A program made the translations under genes and the position numbers. Positions 36,807-47,327 of a stretch of DNA of 64,000 nt are shown here, one piece after another. The stretch comes from a candidate division WWE3 bacterium. Its GTDB lineage: Bacteria > Patescibacteriota > WWE3 > UBA101185 > UBA10185. The stretch's first letter is position 1. The number at the start of each line of letters is the position of its first letter. The notes under the pieces are model-generated. The model had not been told where the DNA came from and searched no databases. It saw only the letters and a program-made list of their open reading frames with translations. The stretch lies in contig QZJF01000016.1 of NCBI GenBank assembly GCA_003599255.1, positions 863 through 64,862 on the forward strand, written 5' to 3'.

Positions 36807-37249
36807 TATTGTCCAAAATTATTAACGATTTCCAGTCTTTTTCTGTGACGTTCTGCACCGCTAAAGTCCTCCTTAAGCCAGGAGCGGACTGTTTCCAAAG
36901 CCGTGGTTTTATCAATAAATCCGGAAGGTAAGGCAAGCACATTTGAGTTGTCGTCAATTCTTGACGATACAGCGTGATCCGGGTTCCAGGAGAGGGCAGC
37001 TCGAATATCTCTAAACTTATTTGCCAGCATGCTCACTCCAACACCATTCTTGCAGATGATTATTCCTTTATTGACCAAAATATCCCCTTTTAGCTTCTCC
37101 ACCAATCTTATAGTATAGTCCGGGTAATCATCTGATTCATCCAACCCGAAAGGACCAAGATCCTGTACTTCTACACCTTGTTCTTTCAAATATTTAATAA
37201 TTTCGGATTTAAGTTGAAACCCTCGATGATCTGAAGTTATATAAAGCAT
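36806..37249 (-). CDS. rpiB: ribose-5-phosphate isomerase B
   Basis: MLYITSDHRGF ... CKNGVGVSMLANK matches the RpiB/LacAB family. ORF track start 37357 extends into lgt; the internal ATG at 37249 gives a canonical 147 aa. Confidence 0.8.
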   Translation of the reverse strand: MLYITSDHRGFQLKSEIIKYLKEQGVEVQDLGPFGLDESDDYPDYTIRLVEKLKGDILVNKGIIICKNGVGVSMLANKFRDIRAALSWNPDHAVSSRIDDNSNVLALPSGFIDKTTALETVRSWLKEDFSGAERHRKRLEIVNNFGQ

Positions 37250-37260
37250 ATTGTTATATA

Positions 37261-38007
37261 TTATGCCACACTTTTTTTTTTGACTAAAGCTATTGCAGCA
37301 AATGTACCAGCGACCAAACAAATTGCTTGTGCCACGTTTATGCCGGCAATGCTCCATGGTCTTATACGGAGAAATTCCAAAAGGAACCTTATACAGCTAT
37401 AACCTGCTATATATAACCAAAAGATAATGCCCGTATGTTTTTTAGCTTTGGTTTTAATATGATACAAAAACAAGAAAAGTAGTAAATTCAACAGGGATTC
37501 GTATAAAAAGAGCGGGTGAAACCGTACAAATGATTCAAAACCTTCCGGGCGTTTTTCTTCAGGTATAAATATTCCCCAAAAGACGTCAGTCGGGAGACCA
37601 AAAATTTCCTTATTAAAAAAATTTCCCCACCTCCCTATTGCTTGTGCAAGGGGAGTAACTACAGCCGCGATATCAAGCCAGTAGATTATATCCAGCTTGT
37701 TTTTCTTTGAGTATATAAAAAGTCCAAAGACTCCGCCGAGTACGGCTCCGATTATACTCATTCCCCCCGACCACAACGCCGGAATGTAAAGGGGATGTTG
37801 AATATAATATTTGTAAAAGTCCAAAACATGATAAAGTCTTGCGCCTGCGATGCCTGCTACTAGTGTGTACAAAGTCAGACCCCAAAAATATTCCGGATTT
37901 CTCCCGTCTTTTTTGATCAGGTGTTCAGCCAAATAAACGGACAATGCAATGGAGATGGAAATTAATATTCCATAAATTGAAATCACAGGATGTATAGGCA
38001 GTAGCAA
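37261..38007 (-). CDS. lgt: prolipoprotein diacylglyceryl transferase
   Basis: Lgt signature IAGARLYHVL and GRWGNFFNKE. TTG start. Confidence 0.85.
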   Translation of the reverse strand: MLLPIHPVISIYGILISISIALSVYLAEHLIKKDGRNPEYFWGLTLYTLVAGIAGARLYHVLDFYKYYIQHPLYIPALWSGGMSIIGAVLGGVFGLFIYSKKNKLDIIYWLDIAAVVTPLAQAIGRWGNFFNKEIFGLPTDVFWGIFIPEEKRPEGFESFVRFHPLFLYESLLNLLLFLFLYHIKTKAKKHTGIIFWLYIAGYSCIRFLLEFLRIRPWSIAGINVAQAICLVAGTFAAIALVKKKSVA

Positions 38008-38531
38008 AATATAAAGACAAGTGCGGCTACATAAATCATAAAGCCTTGTTTACCGGGCTTCGTCTTGAAAGTCCAGAACCATTCGTCCAGTCTATTTCCA
38101 TAATAATACTCAAACATTACATACATCGTATTTGCAAATGTTGATAAAACTAACGCCTTGGGAAAGTAGGATCTGGTTGAGAAAACCACAAAAATACTCA
38201 CTAGGGCAATTACGATTTGAAACAGCGCGCTGTTGAGGGATTTTTCCTTAATTTCGTCTTTATGATACTGAATGTGTTTTATTGCGTTGGCAAAGTCGCT
38301 GTGTCTTATGAACGCCATCAGAGTTTTGGAAAAATCTTTCTGAGGTTCTACAAAAATTGCATTCAGTACGTACTCAAGATCAAGCACAAAAGCCCCGAGG
38401 AAGGTACCTACAAAGATGAATGAGATTTGCAGCGGATCTCGCTCTACTCCTAAGGCTGAAATGACAACTCCAAGAGTAAGGGAGATCAACAAAGGAATTT
38501 TGTAGAATGAAAAGGCACTATTTTTTCCCAT
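37983..38531 (-). CDS. hypothetical membrane protein
   Basis: 182 aa with 4-5 hydrophobic segments. Confidence 0.4.
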   Translation of the reverse strand: MGKNSAFSFYKIPLLISLTLGVVISALGVERDPLQISFIFVGTFLGAFVLDLEYVLNAIFVEPQKDFSKTLMAFIRHSDFANAIKHIQYHKDEIKEKSLNSALFQIVIALVSIFVVFSTRSYFPKALVLSTFANTMYVMFEYYYGNRLDEWFWTFKTKPGKQGFMIYVAALVFIFCYCLYIL

Positions 38532-38546
38532 TTAGTTAATGATATT

Positions 38547-38822
38547 TTATTTGTCCTGTTGTTTCAACTCTTTTTTCAGTTCGGTTAATTTCCACATAAA
38601 GAGCCTTCCTTTTGTATGTGCCTTTTCCGCACCTTTGACGTATTCCCTTGCCATTTCAAGTAGATTTCTAGGTTCCGATTTGGCGAGTTTAATATATAAA
38701 GCCCTGTGTTTAATGTCTCCAAGTTCCTCCGCAAGCATATTTCCATATGCCTGAAATTCATAACTATTTCGCTTGTCAGGCTTTAACGCTCTGTGATTTA
38801 GGATCTCGGAAATACTTTTCAT
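38547..38822 (-). CDS. hypothetical small basic protein
   Basis: 91-aa ORF on the same strand within the operon. Confidence 0.35.
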   Translation of the reverse strand: MKSISEILNHRALKPDKRNSYEFQAYGNMLAEELGDIKHRALYIKLAKSEPRNLLEMAREYVKGAEKAHTKGRLFMWKLTELKKELKQQDK

Positions 38823-38864
38823 ACCATTTGAGAAGAAACAATAAGGATTGTGCAGGAAATAAAA

Positions 38865-39233
38865 CTACCTAATTTTGTTGGCCTGATCTTTGGCAATCTT
38901 GCCCAGATAGGGAAGCTCATATTCCTCGTTGTTGTAGGCTTTCCAAATCAGGAACAACCAGAGAAGAAATGTGCCTATTGAAATTACGGGCTCCACGATA
39001 TAACCGATGTAGATGATGAAGAGTGACTGAGAAATCTTCCACAATGCATATCCCATTACCCCAAAGAGAATTGACTGGAAGGAATGGAATTTAACATACT
39101 TGTTATCTTTCTCCATTAGAAAGAAAACCACACCGGTGATGGGCGGTACCAAGTAGGAAAGAGCAGCGGCTACATTTGGTTCAAAGTATTCAAGAGGTGA
39201 CTTTGTTTCGTCCTTTTTATCGTGTTCTTCCAT
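38865..39233 (-). CDS. DUF4870-like small membrane protein
   Basis: AALSYLVPPITGVVFFLMEKDNKYVKFHSFQSILFG pattern. Confidence 0.4.
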   Translation of the reverse strand: MEEHDKKDETKSPLEYFEPNVAAALSYLVPPITGVVFFLMEKDNKYVKFHSFQSILFGVMGYALWKISQSLFIIYIGYIVEPVISIGTFLLWLFLIWKAYNNEEYELPYLGKIAKDQANKIR

Positions 39234-39285
39234 ACTGTATAAATTTTTTCACATATTTGAAAAATTATCAAATATATTAATGATT

Positions 39286-41073
39286 TTAGTAATGCCCCCG
39301 TTTTTGATTTTTGTACATTTTTTTAATTTCGTCCGTTGTTGTAGCGTCAGTTGCCCCTTTGTCCTTTCGGAATCGTAAAAGCCTCGGGAACCTCAAAGCA
39401 TATCCGGCACTATGAGAGGGAGACTCAGAGATTTCGTCCGCACCAATTTCCACAACGATTTTAGGAGAAACAATGGTGTCGGGCATGAAATTTTTTGGTA
39501 CGTCTACATTTTGGGGAAATTTGTCGATTTTTACTTTATCGCACATTAATTTTAATTCCGCCCAGTCAGAATCACTGAGGCCTGTTCCTACTTTGGAGAT
39601 GGTCTTGTAAGTATCTGTTTCCGGGTCATACACTCCAATTAGAAATCCCCCTATCCCAAACTTTGATCGTACGCCGCGACCTGCGTAATATCCCAATACA
39701 ATGCAATCTACGGAGTCGGTTAATAATTTCTTGTCTGCTTTCTTCAATTTTACCCACGAAAAGGATCTTGCGCCGGCCTGGTAGGGATCTTCCGGTCTTT
39801 TAAGAATTAATCCCTCCAAACCCTTTTCCTCCGCCAGCTCGAAATACTCTTCTATTTCTTCAAGACTGTCCGATTCTATATAATCGTCAACAATAATTGT
39901 TTCCCCATCTTTTACTATTTCTCTTAAAAGTTTCTTTCTTTCACGAAGCGTTTTGTCGACCAACGATTCCCCATTGAGGTAGAGTAGATCGAACACAAAG
40001 TATTTTAGTGGTATTTCCAAAGCAGTTTCAGAAATTCCATGCTTTCTTTTTCTCTGCATGGTTTCCTGAAAGGGTAAAAAGTCCCCGGTTTCCCTGTTAA
40101 AGCCTATTGCTTCTCCGTCAAGTATCACTGATTCGGCATCAATTTGTTCAGTCGCGGCACTTACAATGTCCGGGTATTGATGTGTGGTTTCTTCAAGATT
40201 TCTTGTAAATGTTTTAATGAGAAAACCAACCTTCTTGGAGGAAAAAAGGGGTGTTTGAGTAAGTTGGGTGTCCGTTATTGACTTAGTCCTATCCATATGT
40301 AGCTGTACCCTTGTTCCATCGAATTTGTACTCGGCCCATACGTTCTTCATTTTCTCCATTGCTTCTTCCGGACCGGATACTCTCTGTGCTTTTTGCGATA
40401 AAATAGGGACACCGGTTTCCACGACAATATTCTTCATCCCACCGATGCCACTTTTTCTTATCATTTTTGCAATGTAGCCAATATCAGGGTGAAGGCTATA
40501 CACCCGTTCGATTGCCGCCCCGGCTTTCGGATCCCCCGTAGATAATGCAAGGGCATCAGCAAGTGTTAGCTCAGTAAAGCCCAGCCTTGTAGTTCCCAGT
40601 ATTATTCTCACGACATATTTTGCTGATAACCTATTTAAATCCTTAAGCAACGCAGCAGTTTTCACCACCTTGTTATCCTGAGATCCGGATCCTTCAATCT
40701 CCGCAATTTCCTGAAGTTTTTTGTGTACTTCCTCTAGTGATAAGTTACTTTCTTTTTTCTGAGGCGCCAGTTCATAAGCAACATTACCAAGGTCTCCTGC
40801 TTTTTTGTATAACTCATTAATCTGAATTTCGGTTAGATGCCGGTTTGGAGAAGAGTAGGTTTGCAGCAATATTCTCAACATCATCCTGTCGGCAATATTG
40901 AATTTGGGATTTTCGTAGGAAGCCCTAAGATACCCGAGTGTCAAGTACACCCCTATATCGATTTCATTTGGGTCCAACTTGAGAATTAATTCAGATAGAA
41001 TGCTGGTAATTTCCAGTCGTTTGCTGGTTTTTTCCAGTTTTTCAAGATATTCCGCTAAATCAGAAAAAAGCAT
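39286..41073 (-). CDS. ATP-dependent DNA ligase
   Basis: Adenylation motif I EYKFDGTRVQ (KxDG). Ligase nucleotidyltransferase and OB-fold lengths. Confidence 0.85.
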   Translation of the reverse strand: MLFSDLAEYLEKLEKTSKRLEITSILSELILKLDPNEIDIGVYLTLGYLRASYENPKFNIADRMMLRILLQTYSSPNRHLTEIQINELYKKAGDLGNVAYELAPQKKESNLSLEEVHKKLQEIAEIEGSGSQDNKVVKTAALLKDLNRLSAKYVVRIILGTTRLGFTELTLADALALSTGDPKAGAAIERVYSLHPDIGYIAKMIRKSGIGGMKNIVVETGVPILSQKAQRVSGPEEAMEKMKNVWAEYKFDGTRVQLHMDRTKSITDTQLTQTPLFSSKKVGFLIKTFTRNLEETTHQYPDIVSAATEQIDAESVILDGEAIGFNRETGDFLPFQETMQRKRKHGISETALEIPLKYFVFDLLYLNGESLVDKTLRERKKLLREIVKDGETIIVDDYIESDSLEEIEEYFELAEEKGLEGLILKRPEDPYQAGARSFSWVKLKKADKKLLTDSVDCIVLGYYAGRGVRSKFGIGGFLIGVYDPETDTYKTISKVGTGLSDSDWAELKLMCDKVKIDKFPQNVDVPKNFMPDTIVSPKIVVEIGADEISESPSHSAGYALRFPRLLRFRKDKGATDATTTDEIKKMYKNQKRGHY

Positions 41074-41094
41074 ATTTACTATTTTACACCCGCG

Positions 41095-42117
41095 TTACTT
41101 AAGCTCATATCTGGAGGATTTTGTACTTCCCGCCTTTTCAATAATGTCCCTTTCTATAAGTACTTTCAAATCTCTGAGGACAGAATCTTCCGAAATGTTA
41201 GGGAATAATCTCTGAAAATCTTTATTCTGAAGCATGCCGTAGTTTTGGATAAATTCGATGATCTTTTCCTGTCTTTCCGTTAATTTATAACGGCCCGATG
41301 CCTTGGCTATTTTAGTGTCTTTTGCTAATGTTTTTACCTTTTCCTGTGTACTGGAAACTTGAAGTGCCATTCCCTCACTAAAGTACTCAATCCATTCAGT
41401 GTAGTCAGGGCTCTCGTGGGATATACTTGCCAAACCCCTTTCAAGTTCCCGTTGGGTTTTCTGATAATATCCCGTTATTACAACATAATCTTTAAAGGTA
41501 TATCCTGAGATTTTGAGAGCAAGGTGTACTGTGGTATCTATAGTTGCGGAATTAAAATTTTCGAAGGGCATTATTTCTTCCAGTCTGGCTTTTAGTATTG
41601 ACGCTGCAACAACAGGATGGTTCTCTTTAGCATCGAGACTGTTAAACCAGTCAAACAACTCCACGATATCGGCGAGTATACTTTCGGGTTCGGTTTTGCC
41701 TGAGACTTTGGTGCTTCTGTATACTCCCTGCCTGGTCTTAGGTAACAAATTTTGTGAAATGCTCTTGTGCATGTATTTAATATCCATTTCGTCAAGCTCT
41801 TTGCTTCTGGAAATTTCTTCAAGCATATCGTAAGTTTTGTCCAAATTAACAATCTCGCCTGATTTGTTCTGTTCAATATTATCTATAGTCCGTTTTATAG
41901 TTTCATCAGGGATATTTATCTTTTCAGCAAGCAAAACCGATCGAATAAAATCAATCTTTGCCTCTTTTCGTAACTGGGCTTCCCAGTTTTGCAGTATTAC
42001 CGTGTTATCAACAATAGCCCTGTAATATTCAATAAAGCCAATATTCTTCAATATTTTTTGAGTAATTGTAAATTCAGGGAAAAACATCGCAAGATAATTC
42101 TTGCATATTTCCCGCAA
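41095..42117 (-). CDS. Fic/DOC-like protein with degenerate active-site motif and C-terminal winged-helix domain (tentative)
   Basis: Central ENHPVVAAS...MPFENFN in place of HPFx[DE]GNGR. C-terminal wHTH-like segment. The TTG start at 42117 may instead be the ATG at 42087. Confidence 0.35.
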   Translation of the reverse strand: MREICKNYLAMFFPEFTITQKILKNIGFIEYYRAIVDNTVILQNWEAQLRKEAKIDFIRSVLLAEKINIPDETIKRTIDNIEQNKSGEIVNLDKTYDMLEEISRSKELDEMDIKYMHKSISQNLLPKTRQGVYRSTKVSGKTEPESILADIVELFDWFNSLDAKENHPVVAASILKARLEEIMPFENFNSATIDTTVHLALKISGYTFKDYVVITGYYQKTQRELERGLASISHESPDYTEWIEYFSEGMALQVSSTQEKVKTLAKDTKIAKASGRYKLTERQEKIIEFIQNYGMLQNKDFQRLFPNISEDSVLRDLKVLIERDIIEKAGSTKSSRYELK

Positions 42118-42134
42118 GTTTTAAATTGTTATTG

Positions 42135-43208
42135 TTACAACCTGATAATTTGGGGTTTCTTTTCTGCAAGTTTTGGTTCAAGTTCCTGAAGTTCTTCCGC
42201 ACTGGTGATTATAGTTTGTTGCTTGTTTATTACGTCCAAAACCGCCTTTCTGTGTGTATCGTCCAGCTCTGAGAATATATCATCAAGGAGAAGGACAGGC
42301 CGATGGCCCTTTTTTTGCTCCGAAAAATCGATTTCCAGTAGTTTCAACGCCAAAAGTACCGCACGTTGTTGGCCCCGTGAACCAAACTGCCCGAGATCAC
42401 TTTCGTTGAATTGTATAAGAAAATCATCTCTGTGGGGTCCTATGAGGGTAGTTTGAGCTCTTAGGTCAGCTTGAAGGTGTGCATCAAGTCTTTCTCTAGT
42501 TATTTCGTTCTTTTTGTATTTTATGTACACTTCAGTTTTCGGCGAGTCGAGTGTTGAAATAAGCTTGGGAAGCCTGAAATTCAAAAAATCTATTAGCTCT
42601 GACCTACTATTCTGAATAATTGTCCCGGTTTGAGTAAGTATATTATCCCAAAATGGCATCTGATCAGTATTTGAGCCTTGTATTCTTATGATTTCTAATA
42701 ATTTGTTACGTTGCCTCAGAGCCTTAGTATAATCAGATATGGCCTTTTTGTAACCACGATCGTTTTGAATCAAAATAAGATCAAGGTATTTCCTGCGTGC
42801 TCCGGGCGATCCTGTTATTACTTCAATATCCTGCGGGGTAAAGAACACCGCGTTAAATATACCTGTGAAATATGTTATTGATTTAACCGTTTTATTCACT
42901 CGCGTCTTTTTACTTGAAATGTTGTTGTTTCGATCAGGATTGCGTATAACTTGAAGTTCAAGGGATACGTTCTCTCCGTCAGATTGGATTTCTCCGTTAA
43001 CTGTAGCAAATTCTCTGAGCATGTTTATTACATCACTGTCATAACGTGATTTGGGTGATTTTGCAGTTGCAAGCATGAATATTGATTCAAGCAGATTTGT
43101 TTTTCCCGCACCGTTTTTACCTAAAATAATAGTCAAGTCTCCGTCAAAGGAACAATTGTAATCCGAATGATTTCTGAAATTCTTTAATCTAATAGAGTGT
43201 ATTCTCAT
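42135..43208 (-). CDS. recF: DNA replication and repair protein RecF
   Basis: Walker A GKNGAGKTNLLE and signature/Walker B near the C-terminus. The internal ATG at 43208 (MRIHSIRLKNF) avoids overlap with fpg. Confidence 0.85.
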   Translation of the reverse strand: MRIHSIRLKNFRNHSDYNCSFDGDLTIILGKNGAGKTNLLESIFMLATAKSPKSRYDSDVINMLREFATVNGEIQSDGENVSLELQVIRNPDRNNNISSKKTRVNKTVKSITYFTGIFNAVFFTPQDIEVITGSPGARRKYLDLILIQNDRGYKKAISDYTKALRQRNKLLEIIRIQGSNTDQMPFWDNILTQTGTIIQNSRSELIDFLNFRLPKLISTLDSPKTEVYIKYKKNEITRERLDAHLQADLRAQTTLIGPHRDDFLIQFNESDLGQFGSRGQQRAVLLALKLLEIDFSEQKKGHRPVLLLDDIFSELDDTHRKAVLDVINKQQTIITSAEELQELEPKLAEKKPQIIRL

Positions 43209-43218
43209 CTTTTGAGTC

Positions 43219-44070
43219 CTAAAATAGTTCTTTCTGGGCAGAGGGGTTGTAACCTGTTTTCTTTTGTTGACATTCAGGGCAGAAGTAGGTACCACGTCCC
43301 TGTATTTTTATATGTTGAACCTCGGAGAAGCACGTAGGACATTTTGATTTCATATATATTTTAAATGATTCCTGGTACTTTCCCGGTCTGCCAAATATAT
43401 CAACATACATTTTGTCGGGAAGGGTACTGCCGCGCTTTTCTATGCCCTCGTTCAGCACGGATCTGGCTGCTGTTAGCAGTTTTTCCGCGCTTTGGTAATC
43501 GATGTCTTTTGTCGGAGTTTCCGGGTGTATTCCCGATAGAAACAGCGCTTCCGTAGCATAGATGTTTCCTAATCCGGCAACAATCGACTGATCTAGAAGC
43601 GCGTTTTTAATTATTGTGTTCTTTTGTTTAAGCACCTCAAGAAATGTCTTTGTATCGAGATCAGTATTTATAGGTTCCGGCCCGTATTTTTGGGTAAGTT
43701 TTTCTACTTCTGACTTATCGAGCACTGCTACCTTGCCGAACATGCGCATATCGGAAAATACCATTACTTTATTAATAGCGTTTTTCTGCAAATAGAATAC
43801 AGCTCTTACCCAGTTAGTACCTTTTTCTTGTTTGTCCAATAATAATACCCTCCCAGTCATTGCTAAATGTATCAAGACAGTGTATTCGTCAGTCTCAACT
43901 AGAATATTTTTTGCGACCCGACGAATATCTCTTATCTCGCTGTCTTTAACTAAGGACGGTTCTCCCGATATTTTGTAACCGGCTTGAGCATTTAAACTCA
44001 CAATATTAAAGCCCAAAACGGTTTTTTTTAAATCACTTGTTATGGTGTGTACTTCTGGTAATTCCGGCAC
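43219..44070 (-). CDS. mutM: formamidopyrimidine-DNA glycosylase (Fpg/MutM)
   Basis: N-terminal MPELPEV. C-terminal zinc finger CPTC...CPEC. Confidence 0.85.
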   Translation of the reverse strand: MPELPEVHTITSDLKKTVLGFNIVSLNAQAGYKISGEPSLVKDSEIRDIRRVAKNILVETDEYTVLIHLAMTGRVLLLDKQEKGTNWVRAVFYLQKNAINKVMVFSDMRMFGKVAVLDKSEVEKLTQKYGPEPINTDLDTKTFLEVLKQKNTIIKNALLDQSIVAGLGNIYATEALFLSGIHPETPTKDIDYQSAEKLLTAARSVLNEGIEKRGSTLPDKMYVDIFGRPGKYQESFKIYMKSKCPTCFSEVQHIKIQGRGTYFCPECQQKKTGYNPSAQKELF

Positions 44071-45184
44071 TGCTAAAGCTTTCCCATTTATCTTCTACAA
44101 ATTTTTTAAATGCGGACTTAAATCTTTCTTTTGAGTACTTATGGACTTCGGAGAGGATTTTTTCCCGGTTGAAATAGCCATTTCTTACTGCGTTATCAAA
44201 CTTTTTCATTTTGTCTACTAAATCCTCCACGGTTAGATCGTAAAAAAACATGCCGTTCACGTTCTCCACAATGGTTTCCTTGTGCCCCCCTGAATAATGT
44301 GCGAGAACAGGAACACCGTGAGCCATAGCTTCAATGGGCACTATTCCGAAATCTTCGTCCTTAACCGGGTTTATGAGACCCAGTGAATTTGCAATAAGTC
44401 GGTGTTTTTCAATATCAGAAACTCTACCCTTAAAAACAACATTATTACCCGCAATTTTCTTGAGATTTTTCGCATAATTTCCGTCCCCTATAATAACCAG
44501 AGACATATCAAGCATACTAAACGCTTCTATAAGGAGATCAAAATTTTTATACTTTATCAGTCTTCCAACGGCTACATAGTAAGGCTTTTCCATGTTTTCT
44601 TTTTCTGATGCAACTTTTACATCAGTTTCAACAGGCGGATAAATAACCGTTGCGGCCCTTCTGTAGAATTTCTGTATTCTTTTTTGTGTTTCAACTGAAT
44701 TTGTCAGGATAAAGTCCGGGCGTTGCGCTGCTACAAAATCCCAAATTCGCAGGAGGTTATCGATATAGCTGAAGAAGAGTTTAAAATACCACCTATCCCT
44801 TTTAGTGCTTTCAGTTGAGTAATGATAGAGAAACCTTGGCGGCGTATGAATGTAAGTAATGTGAAGCTGGTCGGGTTTGGTCAGGATGCCCTTGTTCCAT
44901 GTATTACCGTCTGAGATTATTATATCGTAGCCGCTGAAATCAAAACTTTCAAAAACCGGCGCCATCATAAAGGTAAAAAAATACTTGGCAGCGCGATTGA
45001 TAAATCCGCTTTTTGGGGATATTACTTTCCTTTTTTTTATAACATCCGGCATTGACTCCGGAGTGTATTTTGCAGTAAAAATAGGTGCTTCAGGATAAAT
45101 CTCGGCAATAGCTTCTAGTGTCTTTTCCGCCCCGCCGTATTGGACCAAGAATTCATGTGCTAATGCAATTTTAGGTTTTTTCAT
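44033..45184 (-). CDS. glycosyltransferase family 4 (GT-B)
   Basis: EDFGIVPIEAMAHGVPV motif. ATG at 45184 (MKKPKIALAHEF) preferred over TTG 45208. Confidence 0.75.
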   Translation of the reverse strand: MKKPKIALAHEFLVQYGGAEKTLEAIAEIYPEAPIFTAKYTPESMPDVIKKRKVISPKSGFINRAAKYFFTFMMAPVFESFDFSGYDIIISDGNTWNKGILTKPDQLHITYIHTPPRFLYHYSTESTKRDRWYFKLFFSYIDNLLRIWDFVAAQRPDFILTNSVETQKRIQKFYRRAATVIYPPVETDVKVASEKENMEKPYYVAVGRLIKYKNFDLLIEAFSMLDMSLVIIGDGNYAKNLKKIAGNNVVFKGRVSDIEKHRLIANSLGLINPVKDEDFGIVPIEAMAHGVPVLAHYSGGHKETIVENVNGMFFYDLTVEDLVDKMKKFDNAVRNGYFNREKILSEVHKYSKERFKSAFKKFVEDKWESFSSAGITRSTHHNK

Positions 45185-45248
45185 ATTTTCGATTATATAC
45201 TGAAACAAAAGTGGTTACTAACTAAAGTCAATTTGATAATATTACCCC

Positions 45249-45779
45249 ATGAACCTGTCCGGCAAAAAGAACGGTTATATTTCCCCTGTAGTTCTTCTAT
45301 TTATCTTTCTATTCATATCCGTACCGTTGATTTACTGGTTTGTCAGTTCCGATGAGGGAAGCCCAGAGGATGTAAAAGGTAGTTCTGACGTTGTTACAGA
45401 AGAGACCGAGGGCTTGTTAGTTAATGTTACCTCGGAAAGCACCTGGGATATGTACGTATACTTGTGTAAAAATTCTGATGAATGTGATGAGTCGTTAACA
45501 GCCGGAAAGAGAGTCGGAGTGTTTAGCGGAGGTGTCGTTTCAAAATTTACGGTTGCAGTTCCTCTAGACGAAACTTGGACTGAGGGAAATGTTGTTAAGT
45601 TTTATATAAAACCTGGTTGGGGATCCTCCGGGAGAGTTTTTAGCGCGGAGTCAGTAGGTGATTCCGGTGCTGAAGTGAAAAGAATTAGGAATGACGGTAT
45701 GGAGTTGGAAACAATATTTATAACAGTAGGTGATGAGCATATCGGCGGTTCGTGGGTTGGTGAATTCTCGGATCGTTAA
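45249..45779 (+). CDS. hypothetical exported protein (N-terminal signal anchor)
   Basis: 176 aa. N-terminal hydrophobic segment. No motif. Confidence 0.4.
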   Translation: MNLSGKKNGYISPVVLLFIFLFISVPLIYWFVSSDEGSPEDVKGSSDVVTEETEGLLVNVTSESTWDMYVYLCKNSDECDESLTAGKRVGVFSGGVVSKFTVAVPLDETWTEGNVVKFYIKPGWGSSGRVFSAESVGDSGAEVKRIRNDGMELETIFITVGDEHIGGSWVGEFSDR

Positions 45780-45784
45780 AACAG

Positions 45785-46729
45785 TTAAAATTGAGTGTAG
45801 TATTCAAATAATACAAAGATAAAATAAAGGGCAAGCAGCGCAACCGACTCCTTTTTGTCCAGATTCCCTTTCGATCTTGTGAAAATATAAAAAAGCAAAA
45901 GTGCGATCAGAAGAAAGATATTTGAAGACACACTCAAATCCGGATCTGAAGTATTTATTGGGAAGATGACTGCCGTAATACCTAGTACAAGAGTTGTGTT
46001 TGCTACCACACTCCCCACCACGTCCCCCATAACATCTTTTTCGTGATGATTTCGTACTGAAGCAATCGCAAAAGCAATTTCCGGCAGAGACGTACCTATG
46101 GCGGTGATGGTAAGACCTATAAATCCGATCTCTAGTTTAAGCAGAGTGCTGAGATTTATTGCTCCTCTTACAATGCCTTCGCTAGCTATGAGTATTACAA
46201 GCAACGATACAAAAAATATTAACAATTGTTTTGCTACATTGCGTCGTTCAAAACTCTCAAGGAGCTGTTCAATCCTTGAACTTCTCCTTATAAAGGCTAT
46301 TGTGTACACGGCATAGCCCACAAGCAGAAGCATTCCGTCCCGTTTGCCAAGAGTTCCGTCAAAAGAAAGTACCAGAGAAACCAAAACAAATAGAATGGTG
46401 TAATAGATGTCCTTGGACTTGAAAATTGACTCGGTCTTTAATTTTGAATTTAGTAGGCTGGGAAGCGCTACTATGAGTGTGAGCAGGGCAATATTCGAAC
46501 CCAGTACATTTCCATAAGATAACACCGATTCTTGTTCGAGGGCTGCAGTGATCCCCACAAATGCTTCCGGCAGAGATGTGGCAATTGCTACCAACAAAAA
46601 ACTTACTGTATAGGAAGATATTTTCAGTGCGTGCGAAAGCTTAGTAACTGACTTAACAAAATAATCCACTGCTTTTATTAAGACTAGCGAAGCTCCCAAC
46701 AAGAGCAGCATATTGAGGAGTGTTTGCAT
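45785..46729 (-). CDS. CaCA-family cation/Ca2+ exchanger (YrbG-like)
   Basis: Two alpha-repeats containing ATSLPE / GTSLPE. About 10 TM segments. Confidence 0.75.
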   Translation of the reverse strand: MQTLLNMLLLLGASLVLIKAVDYFVKSVTKLSHALKISSYTVSFLLVAIATSLPEAFVGITAALEQESVLSYGNVLGSNIALLTLIVALPSLLNSKLKTESIFKSKDIYYTILFVLVSLVLSFDGTLGKRDGMLLLVGYAVYTIAFIRRSSRIEQLLESFERRNVAKQLLIFFVSLLVILIASEGIVRGAINLSTLLKLEIGFIGLTITAIGTSLPEIAFAIASVRNHHEKDVMGDVVGSVVANTTLVLGITAVIFPINTSDPDLSVSSNIFLLIALLLFYIFTRSKGNLDKKESVALLALYFIFVLFEYYTQF

Positions 46730-46777
46730 TAGTCAATAATACTACAAATAGGGTTTTTGCTGTGATACCATTTCCTT

Positions 46778-47302
46778 ATGCAGCTTGTAGATCGCAAGTC
46801 CTGGTTGTGGAATTACCTTCAGCCCGAAATTAAGAATCTTATAAGCGACGGTGAGATTCTATTAACATTTGTACGTAAGGGAAAAACCGGAGCAAAAATC
46901 ACTGACTATTCGTTCCTTGTTTTCCCATTTGCAAAGGCCTATGAGGGCTTCTTAAAAAAGTTATTTCTTGACTTAGGAATTATCGCCCACGATGAGTATT
47001 ATGGAGACGAGATACGCATAGGGCGACTGCTGAACCCCAGATATCAAAAAGAAGTTCGGAACGTATTCTCTCACGAATGCCGCAGTGCAACCGGGAAAAA
47101 GCCTTTAATGGAGGAGTTATGGGCTGTCTGGAAGAGGGGGAGAAATTTGGTGTTTCATTATTTTCCTCATAATTTCAGGAAACTTTCATATCAGGAAGCT
47201 ATGGATATTATCACGGAGATGGTCGATATTATGCACTCCGCCGTGGCTGATTGCGAACTTAACGTCAAAGTTAAGTCGGAGGAAGTTTCATCAATCCTCT
47301 GA
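46778..47302 (+). CDS. hypothetical protein
   Basis: 174-aa ORF. No motif. Confidence 0.4.
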   Translation: MQLVDRKSWLWNYLQPEIKNLISDGEILLTFVRKGKTGAKITDYSFLVFPFAKAYEGFLKKLFLDLGIIAHDEYYGDEIRIGRLLNPRYQKEVRNVFSHECRSATGKKPLMEELWAVWKRGRNLVFHYFPHNFRKLSYQEAMDIITEMVDIMHSAVADCELNVKVKSEEVSSIL

Positions 47303-47327
47303 ATTTTGTATCTAGTATAATTCCCTT

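Noticed and set aside
37261-37357. Extended N-terminus of RpiB as given in the ORF track (start 37357)
   Set aside because: It would overlap lgt by ~100 nt and adds a Cys-rich non-homologous extension. The internal ATG at 37249 yields a canonical 147-aa RpiB.
43209-43295. Extended N-terminus of RecF overlapping fpg
   Set aside because: The internal ATG (MRIHSIRLKNF) matches the conserved RecF N-terminus and removes the 77-nt overlap.
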